DNA of 44,910 nt, filler included, from an uncultured virus (IMG/VR IMGVR_UViG_2049941000_000876) (taxonomy: Duplodnaviria > Heunggongvirae > Uroviricota > Caudoviricetes). It is 5 parts of one record of this genome, joined end to end, with 100 filler letters (N's around TTAATTAATTAA, not from the genome) between each part and the next. Parts side by side here need not be neighbours in the genome. Positions count along the whole stretch, not along the records: positions 1 to 4,514 come from IMGVR_UViG_2049941000_000876; positions 4,615 to 28,518 come from IMGVR_UViG_2049941000_000876; 3 more parts are not named here. One strand, 5' to 3'. Below, in pieces: positions 1 through 8,533 of the stretch (its first letter is position 1; each line of letters starts with the position of its first letter). The translations under genes and the position numbers were made by a program. Under the pieces are notes generated by a model. It had not been told where the DNA came from, ran no database searches, and saw only the letters and a list, made by a program, of their open reading frames with translations.

Positions 1-250
1 AGTTGGTATTGGGGTCTCGGATATATAGACCATTATGTAGGTAATGGTAGAGCAGATAGAAGTTGGTCAGGATTTACTCATTTTGATTATCTATTCTTTA
101 ATGGACCTAGTGACTACAAGACCATGTTTAACAACTTCTTTGATGAGACACCATTTACATCTGATGAAGTGTGGCAGATATTGGAACTGATGAAATCAGC
201 ATACACATGCCGTAAGTATTCAGATATGTTACATACAGGTGGGTCACATA
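1..250 (+). CDS. Phage hypothetical protein, displaced middle fragment of the gene starting at 2113
   Basis: Frame 1 is open from base 1 (SWYWGLGYIDHY...MLHTGGSH). It continues in frame from ...WLEQASFDC, which ends at 2211. Confidence 0.6.
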
Positions 251-260
251 NNNNNNNNNN

Positions 261-579
261 AACAATAACAACCTATGACATTAAACAGTGGTTAGATACT
301 CAGATTGAGGCTAAGAGACTCCAAAACATAAGTCTTACAATCGAGGAGCACGATGAAGGTCCAAATGATACTCTAAACAATTTCAGCGCCTGTGATTATA
401 TTCATATTGGCGGTAAAGGTATTAGATATGTAGCTAAAAGGTTGGATCTGCCAATTTATGTCACAAGTAGAAAGTCGGATACAGAAAATCCCTATGAGAT
501 TTCTATAGTTTACAAGGGTGAGAGATTTCTTGGTATCGAATCTGAGAAGGAGTATAATGAGAGAGGAGCAGTGGTTTAA
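261..579 (+). CDS. Phage early hypothetical protein, 3' fragment
   Basis: Open frame after the gap; phage-like codon usage; stop at 579. Confidence 0.6.
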
Positions 580-604
580 TACCACTGCTTACGAGGGTTG
601 AGCC

Positions 605-817
605 ATGAAACTAATAGATTTAGCAGAGGTATTTGACGAAGAACAGGAATTGCAGGTATTTGATTATAATACCGATAAATTTTTAGATTGTTATGATGAG
701 GTAAATTCCATAGACGAAAAATATATGAATTGGAAGGTATTGCAGATAAGTCCTTATGAGGAAGAGCGTGGAACAGAGCATTGGGCAATACTAAGGGTAT
801 ATGTGATAGAAGATTAA
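605..817 (+). CDS. Small acidic early protein
   Basis: 70-aa ORF, 19 D/E vs 6 K/R; GAGG upstream. Confidence 0.65.
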   Translation: MKLIDLAEVFDEEQELQVFDYNTDKFLDCYDEVNSIDEKYMNWKVLQISPYEEERGTEHWAILRVYVIED

Positions 818-818
818 C

Positions 819-873
819 TTCCTGTTGTAGTGTTTGTTGACCTATGCTATTCTATTATTAGAAACAATAAATA
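819..873 (+). promoter_or_regulatory. SigA-type early promoter plus conserved leader (copy 1)
   Basis: TTGTAG(825)-17-TATTCT(848) with TG extension, then TAGAAACAATAAA. Confidence 0.55.
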
Positions 874-952
874 ATAGATAGTAAGCACTGTGGATGCTGA
901 GTATAGCTCCGTTCACGATGTTGAGGTCGACAACACACAAAGGAGAAAGAAT

Positions 953-1270
953 ATGATACAGTTGGATGGATATTATGTTTGCAAAAGAGGTGTAGTGGTT
1001 GAAAAGTATGAGGACACATTTACAGAGCATCCAATGTCAGACGATTATGCCAAAAGAATTGTAGAGACCAACAATGATAATATCTTGGCATACTCAGAAG
1101 AGTATATGGAGCAGGTCAGAGGAGAAGAGAATTTAGACTTTGGTGATTGGATTAAGTTTAATACAGGACTTATGCCATACATCAAGCAGTCAACCAAGAC
1201 CGTACAGATGTTAAGACTTGATGGATATGACTATAAGGTGAATATGCAATCAGGAATGATTGTAGGATAA
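953..1270 (+). CDS. Phage early hypothetical protein
   Basis: AAGGAG RBS before ATG 953; homolog/allele at 4615-4896 (DFGDWIKxNTGLMPYIK shared). Confidence 0.75.
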   Translation: MIQLDGYYVCKRGVVVEKYEDTFTEHPMSDDYAKRIVETNNDNILAYSEEYMEQVRGEENLDFGDWIKFNTGLMPYIKQSTKTVQMLRLDGYDYKVNMQSGMIVG

Positions 1271-1331
1271 GCCATAAACGATTTTTATATAAGGATTGAT
1301 AAATTGCACACTTTTGAAAGGAGAATTAAAA

Positions 1332-1658
1332 ATGGCTACAATAGTGAAGATGGGAACAAAGAAAGCAGAGGAGCTGATATGGGACTTTAATCATAAGCAT
1401 TATAAGGGTGTATCACTTTTTGAGGTTTATGATAATCCCAGTCATACGAAAAGAGCGAGTTGGAGAAGGATTTGCGAAGAAGCATTGGATAACAATGGAT
1501 GGAATCTACATATGGTTGGAGCATCTTGTCATATGTTTTCCTGCATCTATGCTTTTGAGAAAGATGGAAACATTGTCATTAGAAAGTTTACCAAATCCAA
1601 CACCTATGATTTAGTGCTGACACCTGAGGAGTATGTGAATGTAACTCCTGAGATATGA
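1332..1658 (+). CDS. Phage early hypothetical protein
   Basis: AAAGGAG RBS before ATG 1332. Confidence 0.75.
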   Translation: MATIVKMGTKKAEELIWDFNHKHYKGVSLFEVYDNPSHTKRASWRRICEEALDNNGWNLHMVGASCHMFSCIYAFEKDGNIVIRKFTKSNTYDLVLTPEEYVNVTPEI

Positions 1659-1681
1659 TAGAGTGTGTTGATTGTTTCAAG

Positions 1682-1718
1682 GCTACTGGGATGTCAAAGT
1701 TCCAGTAGCTATTCTTTT
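1682..1718 (+). terminator. Probable intrinsic terminator overlapping the next promoter
   Basis: GCTACTGG/CCAGTAGC stem followed by TATTCTTTT. Confidence 0.45.
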
Positions 1719-1760
1719 GCTCCTATGATAATATATAGTTAGAAACAATAAATACACACT
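1700..1760 (+). promoter_or_regulatory. Early promoter plus leader (copy 2)
   Basis: TGaTAATAT at 1726-1734, then ATAGTTAGAAACAATAAATACACAC. Confidence 0.55.
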
Positions 1761-1780
1761 ATATAAGAAAGAGGTGCAAA

Positions 1781-2116
1781 ATGGCAAAGTTGTATAAAGA
1801 TAAGGTAACTGGAAAGAAGCTCTATCCCGTATGTTCATGGGAGAAGAACCAGCATAAGTTATATAATGCTTTGGATAGGGCACACAATGCTGTTTCTGAT
1901 TTATATGAGGATAAGAGTGCCACATCAGAGCAGATAGATAAGGCAGAAGCTTGGGTAGAGGAAGTAGAGAGATTGTTAGGAATATTTGATAGTCATGTGG
2001 CATCTAATGGAGTAGTCTACGCTACATGGGAAGATGGTCAAAAGATTAAGAATGTAGTATATGGATATGATTGCAGGCATGACCAGCTTGAAGCAGAAAG
2101 GAGAATGGAGAGATGA
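1781..2116 (+). CDS. Phage early hypothetical protein
   Basis: GAGGTG RBS; 111 aa. Confidence 0.75.
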   Translation: MAKLYKDKVTGKKLYPVCSWEKNQHKLYNALDRAHNAVSDLYEDKSATSEQIDKAEAWVEEVERLLGIFDSHVASNGVVYATWEDGQKIKNVVYGYDCRHDQLEAERRMER

Positions 2117-2412
2117 ATAAAGAGGCAAGAAAAGTAAATGGTAAGTGGCAGTTCTTATTAGGAATGAAAGATGGAGAATCATATTGGTTAGAGCAAGCAT
2201 CATTTGACTGTNNNNNNNNNNTAGACCTGATAAAGAATGATGCAGAATATGGCAGATTGAATAATGCAGTAATACCTACAATAATGAATGAGGTATATAA
2301 GCTGATGTTACCTAAGAATGAAGATGGTGAGATATATGGACCATATCCACTTGATGACATTCTACATGAGCTTGGTAAATACACAAAGTGGGGTGATGAG
2401 GAAGATGAGTAA
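2113..2412 (+). CDS. Phage hypothetical protein (N- and C-terminal parts; middle at 1-250)
   Basis: GGAGAG RBS and ATGA overlap with the upstream gene; gap at 2212-2221. Confidence 0.65.
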   Translation: MNKEARKVNGKWQFLLGMKDGESYWLEQASFDCXXXXDLIKNDAEYGRLNNAVIPTIMNEVYKLMLPKNEDGEIYGPYPLDDILHELGKYTKWGDEEDE

Positions 2413-2629
2413 AGCATACGCAATAGGAGATTATAGCTATAAGGTAGTAAGCGATACCATAGATATGATAAATGCCAACTGTGATGCAGATGGCGAAGCA
2501 AGGATACCCATGAAGTTCTATCATCTGTATAATGCAGATGATAATGGATGGTATATAGAATGTCTGCATGAAGAGGACGAACCAAGATTGGAGAAACATC
2601 TCAACTATATATTTGGTTTAGATAGCTGA
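2405..2629 (+). CDS. Phage early hypothetical protein
   Basis: GAGG RBS before ATG 2405 (MSKAYAIGD...). Confidence 0.6.
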   Translation: MSKAYAIGDYSYKVVSDTIDMINANCDADGEARIPMKFYHLYNADDNGWYIECLHEEDEPRLEKHLNYIFGLDS

Positions 2630-3330
2630 AAACCAGGGCGGTATAAAGGCAAAAGTAACACCTCATAATATAGAAAATACCATATAAACTACATAAAACA
2701 TACAAATAGGGATAGACCAAAAATCTATCCCTTAAATCATGCTCTCCTTTAGTAAATATCTATAATGTGGAAACCAGGGCGGTAGAAAAAGCCTTGTAAT
2801 TATATTACATATATCCAATACTAATAGTAATACCATAAATCCGAGTAGTAATCCTAACATATTTAGCTTCCATATGCCCTCTTGATTTTTAGAATCTAGT
2901 AACCACGCACCATTCCCAGTGTTTGTTAGTCCTAAATCTTTTTCCTCCCCGTGATAATTCTGGCAAAAGGCCACGAAACTTGATTCCAATCAAGAATTTT
3001 TGATTCCAATCAAGTTTGCTTGGAACGCAGTGGCCATGCGACTTCCGAGCTGACACTTGTGTCATAAATCCATTTGGCCCATTGGCCATTTGGCCTTGCC
3101 GGGATAAAGGTTATGCAACTTGCACAAAAAGGCCCATTATGCGCATGGTTGACACATTCTTAAAATAATGCAGGCAAGGCAAACAAGATAAAAGTGTTGG
3201 TTTTACCCCTAGTAAAACATCCATTTTTTAGTGCCTGCCAAAAAGTGTTCGTCATTTTGCACAAAAAGGCCTATGGCCCTAGGTTGACAATACTTCTATA
3301 TAATAGAGAGCAGAGAGACAGGGTGGCCTA
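2630..3330. repeat. Non-coding repeat- and palindrome-rich region with a GGCC cluster
   Basis: AAACCAGGGCGGTA at 2630 and 2771; TTGATTCCAATCAAG at 2980 and 3000; 9 GGCC in 2969-3328; related versions at 4100-4324 and 5550-5720. Confidence 0.75.
2708..2733. terminator. Hairpin, possible terminator
   Basis: Perfect 9-bp stem AGGGATAGA/TCTATCCCT after the gene cluster; weak U-tract. Confidence 0.4.
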
Positions 3331-3453
3331 AGAGAATGAGTTTATACTATATATAGAAGAAAAATATTTAAGTAGTGTTTCTACTATATAATAAGTAATA
3401 CTTATTTCGCCGCTAGTTTATGTGTTTCTTCTATATAATATATGTAGATAATA

Positions 3454-3530
3454 TTCCTATTGTTTCTCTTATTCGCCTAGCTTATAATGATTATAGTGAT
3501 AAACAACAACACATATTTGAAAGTGAGGTA
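3454..3530 (+). promoter_or_regulatory. Early promoter plus leader (copy 3; near-identical copy at 5759-5818)
   Basis: TTGTTT(3460)-17-TATAAT(3483), then ATAGTGATAAACAACAACAC and GAGG RBS. Confidence 0.65.
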
Positions 3531-3536
3531 ATTGTT

Positions 3537-3755
3537 ATGACAGATAAGGAATTTTTGGAGATGATGAGAACTGAATATGGTATAGAGGATTTTTCTGATG
3601 CCGCTGATATGTGCAATCATTTAGAGAGATTCACACGTATCGCCCTTGAGATTTCAAAGCAGTCTGGAAACCATGATGATGTAAAGCTGTTAGAGAATAC
3701 TATAGGGAAACTTAGTGCAAGCTTCAATAATTTTATGCAAGCTTATTTGGATTAA
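3537..3755 (+). CDS. Phage early hypothetical protein
   Basis: GAGGT RBS before ATG 3537. Confidence 0.7.
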   Translation: MTDKEFLEMMRTEYGIEDFSDAADMCNHLERFTRIALEISKQSGNHDDVKLLENTIGKLSASFNNFMQAYLD

Positions 3756-3770
3756 GGGAGGGATAAGATT

Positions 3771-4019
3771 ATGTGGAGAATATATGTATATGGAATGGAC
3801 TTAGCAGATGAAGAGTATGTAATGGATGGATGGCAGCTATACGAAGAGACCGCAAAGAGAGAATATGCCGAAGAGATATTCAGACTATTATCAGAGGCGC
3901 ATGGAAGTAATGTAGTACTCCTTAATCCAGATGAAGATATAGAAGATATATGGGAAGAAGTGGATTATGATGACTATAGAAACTCCTATAATGATTATAT
4001 ATCCTCATATGTATATTAA
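3771..4019 (+). CDS. Very acidic small early protein
   Basis: GGGAGG RBS; 22 D/E vs 5 K/R in 82 aa. Confidence 0.7.
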   Translation: MWRIYVYGMDLADEEYVMDGWQLYEETAKREYAEEIFRLLSEAHGSNVVLLNPDEDIEDIWEEVDYDDYRNSYNDYISSYVY

Positions 4020-4334
4020 GGGCTATTCATTTAGCCCTTTTTCTTTTAGCTTCCATTATGGCCCTTGGCCTTGGCTCCAGGAGTTCTGCNNNNNNNNNNT
4101 CGCTGGAACGCAGTGGCCATGCGACTTTCCGGACTTTGGCCAACTTGGCAATTGGCCCTTGGCCATTATTGCCTTCCATTCCTTTGTGCAACTTGCACAC
4201 CTGGATCCCGAAGAGCAGTGGCCATCTGCGTTTGAGACCTATTTGGCCTAGTATCCAGGCAAGGCAAAAACAGGAAAAGTGTTGGTTTTACCCCTAGTAA
4301 AACATCCATTTTTTAGTGCCTGCCNNNNNNNNNN

Positions 4335-4514
4335 TTTGCGACTTATTGAAGCTTGTGACCATGACTACGGACGAATCCTTTTAGAGCTAGATAAGGTCCG
4401 AATGTACTCCAATTCTGAAAAGGTGACGGCGAACAGTGTGTTAGAGAAATTTCTTGACAGTGGGGTCATATTTAATCAGCCAAAAGATGCTATATTTGAT
4501 TTTGTAGCCGCAGT
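4335..4514 (+). CDS. Fragment resembling DNA polymerase III delta (HolA-like) clamp-loader subunit
   Basis: LIEACDHDYGRILLELDKV...IFDFVAA resembles the HolA lid/collar region; isolated between gaps. Confidence 0.4.
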
Positions 4515-4558
4515 NNNNNNNNNNNNNNNNNNNNNNNNNNNNNNNNNNNNNNNNNNNN

Positions 4559-4570
4559 TTAATTAATTAA
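4559..4570. other. Artificial contig linker TTAATTAATTAA (also 28563-28574, 29245-29256, 38452-38463)
   Basis: Identical stop-in-all-frames 12-mer flanked by N runs, four times. Confidence 0.95.
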
Positions 4571-4614
4571 NNNNNNNNNNNNNNNNNNNNNNNNNNNNNN
4601 NNNNNNNNNNNNNN

Positions 4615-4896
4615 AGATGGATTTTACCCAAGTAATATCAATGGAGTAGTGATTGCGAAGTTTGAGGATATGATGGAAGAACTTCCACTGTCAGATAAGT
4701 ATGCCAAAGATATTGTGACAACCAACAATGCCAATATTCAGGCATATTCAGATGAGTTTGCAGAGCAGGTAGAAGATGCAGAGGATATGGACTTTGGTGA
4801 CTGGATTAAATATAATACAGGTCTTATGCCATATATTAAGAGAGCCGCAGATACAGTGCATTGGCTACATAAGAATGGATATACAGAGTATAAGGT
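4615..4896 (+). CDS. Divergent allele/paralog of the 953-1270 protein (partial)
   Basis: Clear amino-acid similarity over the whole fragment. Confidence 0.7.
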
Positions 4897-4969
4897 NNNN
4901 NNNNNNAAAGGAAAGTAATATGTGGTATCTTATAATCATTATTCTTTTCTTGGCATTCTTTATGTAAAA

Positions 4970-5043
4970 CTCCTGTTGCATATGATTAGCTCCAAGTATA
5001 ATATATAGTTATAAACAATAACACACTAAATATTTGAAAGGAG
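4970..5043 (+). promoter_or_regulatory. Early promoter plus leader (copy 4)
   Basis: TCCTGTTGCAT(-35 at 4976)-17-TAATAT(4999), then ATAGTTATAAACAATAACACAC...AAAGGAG. Confidence 0.6.
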
Positions 5044-5049
5044 CTAATT

Positions 5050-5331
5050 ATGAACAGAGTGGAGATTAAAGGATGGACAAGAGTGCAGAAAGGCACAGCA
5101 AGGAGATTGTATAATGCAGGCAAGACAATCAGACTTTGCCCCGTAAAAGCTAATCCTTGTAATGAGTATTATCCCATGAGTTTTGATATCAATATCAATG
5201 ATACGTGGGATGTGGAGCCCTTAGAATGGGAGAAGAGATTTGACAGCAGAGTTAATGGATTTGAGTTTTATAACTGCCAGTACAATGAGCTTGGCAAGTA
5301 TTCCGCATTTTATGTGAGAGAGGAGGCATAA
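5050..5331 (+). CDS. Phage early hypothetical protein
   Basis: AAAGGAG RBS; 93 aa. Confidence 0.75.
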   Translation: MNRVEIKGWTRVQKGTARRLYNAGKTIRLCPVKANPCNEYYPMSFDININDTWDVEPLEWEKRFDSRVNGFEFYNCQYNELGKYSAFYVREEA

Positions 5332-5332
5332 A

Positions 5333-5539
5333 ATGACAGAATATATCATAATTGGAGATACTGAAAAATATGAGGGATGCCTTGTAACAGTAGTACACGG
5401 CACAAGAGAACGAGCAGAGGACGTGTTGGAGCAGATGCTTACTGCTCCAACAGAAAATGATAAGATTCTGATGGAAGGTCATACCAATTTTAGAATCAAA
5501 GATGTGGAAGAAAAAGACCAGTGGTGGAACGATCCGTTC
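5333..5539 (+). CDS. Phage early hypothetical protein (3' end in gap)
   Basis: GGAGG RBS. Confidence 0.7.
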
Positions 5540-5559
5540 NNNNNNNNNNTAGATTCTTA

Positions 5560-5633
5560 GGTTGACAATAGATAGGACGGGTTGACAATTAAATATTAGG
5601 TTGACAATAGGCCCTTGGCCCTAGGTTGACAAT
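5560..5633 (+). repeat. Four direct repeats of GGTTGACAAT
   Basis: Copies at 5560, 5580, 5599 and 5624. Confidence 0.85.
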
Positions 5634-6678
5634 ACTTCTATATAATAGAGAGCAGAGAGACAAGGGTGGCCTAAGAGAGTGAGTTTCTTCTATATATAGT
5701 AGAGATATTATTTATAGGCCTAAGTAGTGTTTCTTCTATATAATATATGTAGATGATGTTCCTATTGTTTTCTCTTATTCGCCTAGCTTATAATGATTAT
5801 AGTGATAAACAACAACACNNNNNNNNNNNNNNNNNNNNNNNNNNNNNNNNNNNNNNNNNNNNNNNNNNNNNNNNNNNNNNNNNNNNNNNNNNNNNNNNNN
5901 NNNNNNNNNNNNNNNNNNNNNNNNNNNNNNNNNNNNNNNNNNNNNNNNNNNNNNNNNNNNNNNNNNNNNNNNNNNNNNNNNNNNNNNNNNNNNNNNNNNN
6001 NNNNNNNNNNNNNNNNNNNNNNNNNNNNNNNNNNNNNNNNNNNNNNNNNNNNNNNNNNNNNNNNNNNNNNNNNNNNNNNNNNNNNNNNNNNNNNNNNNNN
6101 NNNNNNNNNNNNNNNNNNNNNNNNNNNNNNNNNNNNNNNNNNNNNNNNNNNNNNNNNNNNNNNNNNNNNNNNNNNNNNNNNNNNNNNNNNNNNNNNNNNN
6201 NNNNNNNNNNNNNNNNNNNNNNNNNNNNNNNNNNNNNNNNNNNNNNNNNNNNNNNNNNNNNNNNNNNNNNNNNNNNNNNNNNNNNNNNNNNNNNNNNNNN
6301 NNNNNNNNNNNNNNNNNNNNNNNNNNNNNNNNNNNNNNNNNNNNNNNNNNNNNNNNNNNNNNNNNNNNNNNNNNNNNNNNNNNNNNNNNNNNNNNNNNNN
6401 NNNNNNNNNNNNNNNNNNNNNNNNNNNNNNNNNNNNNNNNNNNNNNNNNNNNNNNNNNNNNNNNNNNNNNNNNNNNNNNNNNNNNNNNNNNNNNNNNNNN
6501 NNNNNNNNNNNNNNNNNNNNNNNNNNNNNNNNNNNNNNNNNNNNNNNNNNNNNNNNNNNNNNNNNNNNNNNNNNNNNNNNNNNNNNNNNNNNNNNNNNNN
6601 NNNNNNNNNNNNNNNNNNNNNNNNNNNNNNNNNNNNNNNNNNNNNNNNNNNNNNNNNNNNNNNNNNNNNNNNNNNNNN

Positions 6679-6880
6679 CGGTAACTTGTCACGTACTTAT
6701 GAGCTTATGAATGATGACAACGTGTATAGAAGAGACACAAAACAGCGTTTACGCAAGTTTAAGAGCGTAGAGGAGTTTAAAGAGTTTATGCAACAGCTAA
6801 TCATTAAAGAAGAGAAAAAAGCGACTAAAAAGCGCACAACAACTAAAAAAGTAAATAAGAAAGTGAGTGCAAGCGCATAA
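6679..6880 (+). CDS. 3' part of a divergent allele/paralog of the 7217-7627 protein
   Basis: Identical tail TTTKKVNKKVSASA and 3' flank; diverged core. Confidence 0.7.
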
Positions 6881-6953
6881 TGATAATAATATTCACAGTA
6901 ACGCTTTTAATCTTCTGTATCATCTTAATTAAAATAATTAAATAATGAAAATT

Positions 6954-6980
6954 GAGTACACGCAAAAAGCGTGTACTCTT
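6954..6980 (+). terminator. Intrinsic terminator
   Basis: Perfect 10-bp stem GAGTACACGC/GCGTGTACTC, A5 loop, then TT running into the gap. Confidence 0.7.
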
Positions 6981-7127
6981 NNNNNNNNNNGTAGCTCGCT
7001 TCACTGTGCTAAAGTGCAGAAGTGAATACACTTGATCGGAGTAAAGTGATAAAGAATAACAGTAAATATAAACGAATTATGAAAATATAAAGAAAATATA
7101 AAATCGAAAAAAGTTTTACAATATGTA

Positions 7128-7180
7128 TTGACTTATAGTTATAAATCACTATAATTAAAGTATAACAACAACACACAAAC
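7128..7180 (+). promoter_or_regulatory. Strong SigA-type promoter plus leader
   Basis: TTGACT(7128)-16-TATAAT(7150), A-rich upstream region, leader TATAACAACAACACAC. Confidence 0.7.
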
Positions 7181-7216
7181 GTGCTTACTACGATAGTGTA
7201 AGAGAAAAGAGATAAT

Positions 7217-7627
7217 ATGAAGAACACAAAAAAATTGAATACTGTTGACAACGCTAACATGATTTTAGCACTTGCGCAAAAGATAAGTGCAGAACATGCA
7301 GTACTTACACAGAACACAAAAGAAGAGTATTGTATAGAAATGTTCTCAAGTGTTAAAAAAGAACGTGCTCAAGTGTGGATATGTAGACAACACGTAGATA
7401 TCTACGTATCAAGTAAAATCGAAAAAATGTATAACGCACTAGAAGAGACAGAGCAGTATAAAAGAAGTACTTTTGTAGATACTACACAGCGCAAAAGAGT
7501 TTACAAAACTATAGAAGAGATGACAGACTTCTTAAATCAGTTTATAGAAGTAAAAGCAACTAAAAAAGCAACAGCAAAAAAGACTACTACTAAAAAAGTA
7601 AATAAGAAAGTGAGTGCAAGCGCATAA
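7217..7627 (+). CDS. Early protein lacking Gly and Pro, with a Lys/Ala/Thr-rich basic tail
   Basis: 136-aa ORF with its own promoter; second version at 6679-6880. Confidence 0.8.
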   Translation: MKNTKKLNTVDNANMILALAQKISAEHAVLTQNTKEEYCIEMFSSVKKERAQVWICRQHVDIYVSSKIEKMYNALEETEQYKRSTFVDTTQRKRVYKTIEEMTDFLNQFIEVKATKKATAKKTTTKKVNKKVSASA

Positions 7628-7648
7628 TGATAATAATANNNNNNNNNN

Positions 7649-7955
7649 ATTTATGGGACTTGACGATCCTAATAAAGTTAAATCAGTAAAGTTGCCTTTT
7701 GGATATATAGGTATCACGTGGTTAAACCCTATCTTCTGACCACGTTAAACTCTCTTTTANNNNNNNNNNGAAAGAGATTCGTAAGGTATTGCAGTCTACT
7801 ATGCGTGGTGGTACATTATTCTGGGACTTTCGTTCATTCAACCCACCTATATCTAATCTTAACTGGGCTAATCAGTATGCCGCAGATGCACTTAGTAGAG
7901 TGAACACACTGGTCATGCAGAGTGATTACACGCAAGTACCTAGTGCATGGCTCGG
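7649..7955 (+). other. Strain-variant duplicate fragments of terL, including the exon 1/intron junction
   Basis: Near-identical to 9837-9946 and 10794-10979 with few SNPs. Confidence 0.85.
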
Positions 7956-8103
7956 NNNNNNNNNNACTTCGATATACGTGAGAGGTCAAAAGAGATATAC
8001 CGCAGTGGACCTTATTTAAGAATGACTAAATAACTAGAATAAATTATAGCCCGCCTGGTAAATTTTTTCTAAAGATTTCTGTTTCTTCTTATTGAATGTG
8101 GAT

Positions 8104-8133
8104 TTGCCAGAGTGATTTATTTAGTGTTATAGT
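8104..8133 (+). promoter_or_regulatory. Promoter for the packaging operon
   Basis: TTGCCA-18-TATAGT with TG extension. Confidence 0.55.
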
Positions 8134-8158
8134 ATGTTTACAAGAGAGGAATTTAATT

Positions 8159-8533
8159 ATGGCTAAAACTCCTATTACTATCGCCAGAAGTATTGCTAAT
8201 GCGCTTAATTTACAATACCACACTCACATTGTTATTAACACCTCCCAGTTTTATGGAGGAGAGGGTAAGTTAGTGAGGATGTATGTTGTTAAAGACAGCT
8301 TTTATTATTCCGGGAAATACTCAGACAAGGAATTGTTTAAGACTGCTAGTGGAGTTTATTGTTGTTTGTTTATGCGGGATATGCTTTATGCGTTTCAGGG
8401 CAGAGAAGATACCGAAGATGAAACTAATGAGGGTTATCTTAATGTTTTGGCTAAGAAGAATGGTAGAGCCAGTATTGATTATATGAAGGAGGTGTACCTT
8501 AAAGATGATGAACTTGGAACAGCCAACGGATAA
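8159..8533 (+). CDS. Phage hypothetical protein
   Basis: GAGAGGA RBS before ATG 8159. Confidence 0.75.
   Translation: MAKTPITIARSIANALNLQYHTHIVINTSQFYGGEGKLVRMYVVKDSFYYSGKYSDKELFKTASGVYCCLFMRDMLYAFQGREDTEDETNEGYLNVLAKKNGRASIDYMKEVYLKDDELGTANG

Noticed and set aside
4559..4570. TTAATTAATTAA palindrome recurring four times
   Set aside because: Artificial concatenation linker inside N runs.
5753..6710. Long ORFs running through N blocks (also 29373-30467)
   Set aside because: Artefacts of translating unknown bases.
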